Shown here: positions 63,129 through 64,000 of the stretch, one piece after another
How positions within the stretch are numbered: the first letter of the stretch is position 1
Layout of the letters: each line of letters starts with the position of its first letter
Source: the human T2T-CHM13v2.0 reference genome, Homo sapiens
Strand: one strand, 5' to 3'
Assembly: GCF_009914755.1 (NCBI RefSeq)
Contig: NC_060929.1
DNA length: 64,000 nucleotides
The notes under the pieces: generated by a model
Told to the model about the DNA's origin: nothing
Seen by the model: the letters and a program-made list of their open reading frames with translations, nothing else
The model's database searches: none
Translations under genes and position numbers: made by a program

Positions 63129-64000
63129 CTAGAGAATAATAAGATAATTTTTGTAAGTATAACTATCATTAAGTAATAGTTATCATACATTGTCTACTAG
63201 TATGTGTCAGGAATTGTGCTAAGATAACATAGGTTTTCCCATTTTAGCCTTGACATGACTCATGATGTAGATGCTGTGAGATCTATTTTATAGACGGCAA
63301 AGGGATTCAGGCAAGCTTAGTAATGTGCCCAAGGTCTCTGGAGTGGGATGATTCCAGCTCGGATCTGCAGGATTCCCAACTTGTACCATATCCCACAACC
63401 TTAGATGTGTTATTCATAAAGTGACTTGAATTCCGGTCACAGATGCTGTGTGACACTGAACTGGTTATTGACCTGTGCGGGCCTCCACGTTCCCCTCTTG
63501 GAATAAGGGCTTGGAATGAGGTTCCTTCTGCTCAGCACGCCCTGGGTTTTGTGAGACCCGAGACAGCAGGCAGCGGTGGCGTGGTCCCAGGCAGGGCATC
63601 GGAAAGCCCGGCCACTGTGTCATAAGGCCAGAGGAGGAAGATGGGCCCAAGTTGGGGCAGAGCTCAGGATGGGCCAGGACGGTTGGCAAAGGAGAAGCAG
63701 CACCAGCACGTGAGCCCCGGGTGACTGTCTTCATGCAGATCACAAGAAATCAATGGCTTTCACAGTCAAAGCCCCTCCCTGCTTCTTCAAGGAAGGATCT
63801 GTGTTTCCCACCACACCTGGGGATGTTTGGAGTAATTGCTCAGAAAGCTCTTGTTGAATGATGGAAGGACCCGGCGATTCGTTTATATTGAGTAGAGTGA
63901 TGACTTGGAAATTCCCCTTTTGGCGCCCCTTGGTGTGGCCAGGCTTTCCCCTTTCAAGGTTGACTCATGGTTTCCTGGGGCCGGCGCCACGCCCCTGTGG

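Overview
Human genomic DNA, AT-rich and dense in Alu, L1, LTR and DNA-transposon fossils. It covers the 5' half of IL31RA (interleukin-31 receptor A / GPL, a gp130-like type I cytokine receptor) on the + strand. I could trace two alternative first coding exons (11868-11930, MCIRQLK...; 13859-13864, MK) and internal coding exons 2-8. They join in one frame, with signal peptide, four conserved Cys, WSDWS motif and FNIII repeats. The transmembrane and cytoplasmic exons lie beyond the window. The left edge holds the 5' part of a processed HNRNPH1 pseudogene on the - strand. I found no new multi-gene system. The most notable observations: (1) the long-isoform first coding exon lies inside an antisense MER82 DNA transposon, with its ATG and splice donor apparently made by CpG decay; (2) exon 6 has a GC donor whose read-through gives a 239-aa soluble receptor with downstream polyA signals; (3) a non-B DNA cluster follows exon 7 (pyrimidine tract, 120-bp perfect AT palindrome, palindromic minisatellite); (4) a ~1.07-kb foreign insert flanked by 12-bp direct repeats sits inside an old L1; (5) an RBFOX/UG-rich intronic array lies in intron 2. 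Repeat family names come from recalled consensus sequences, and repeat boundaries are approximate unless a TSD is given.
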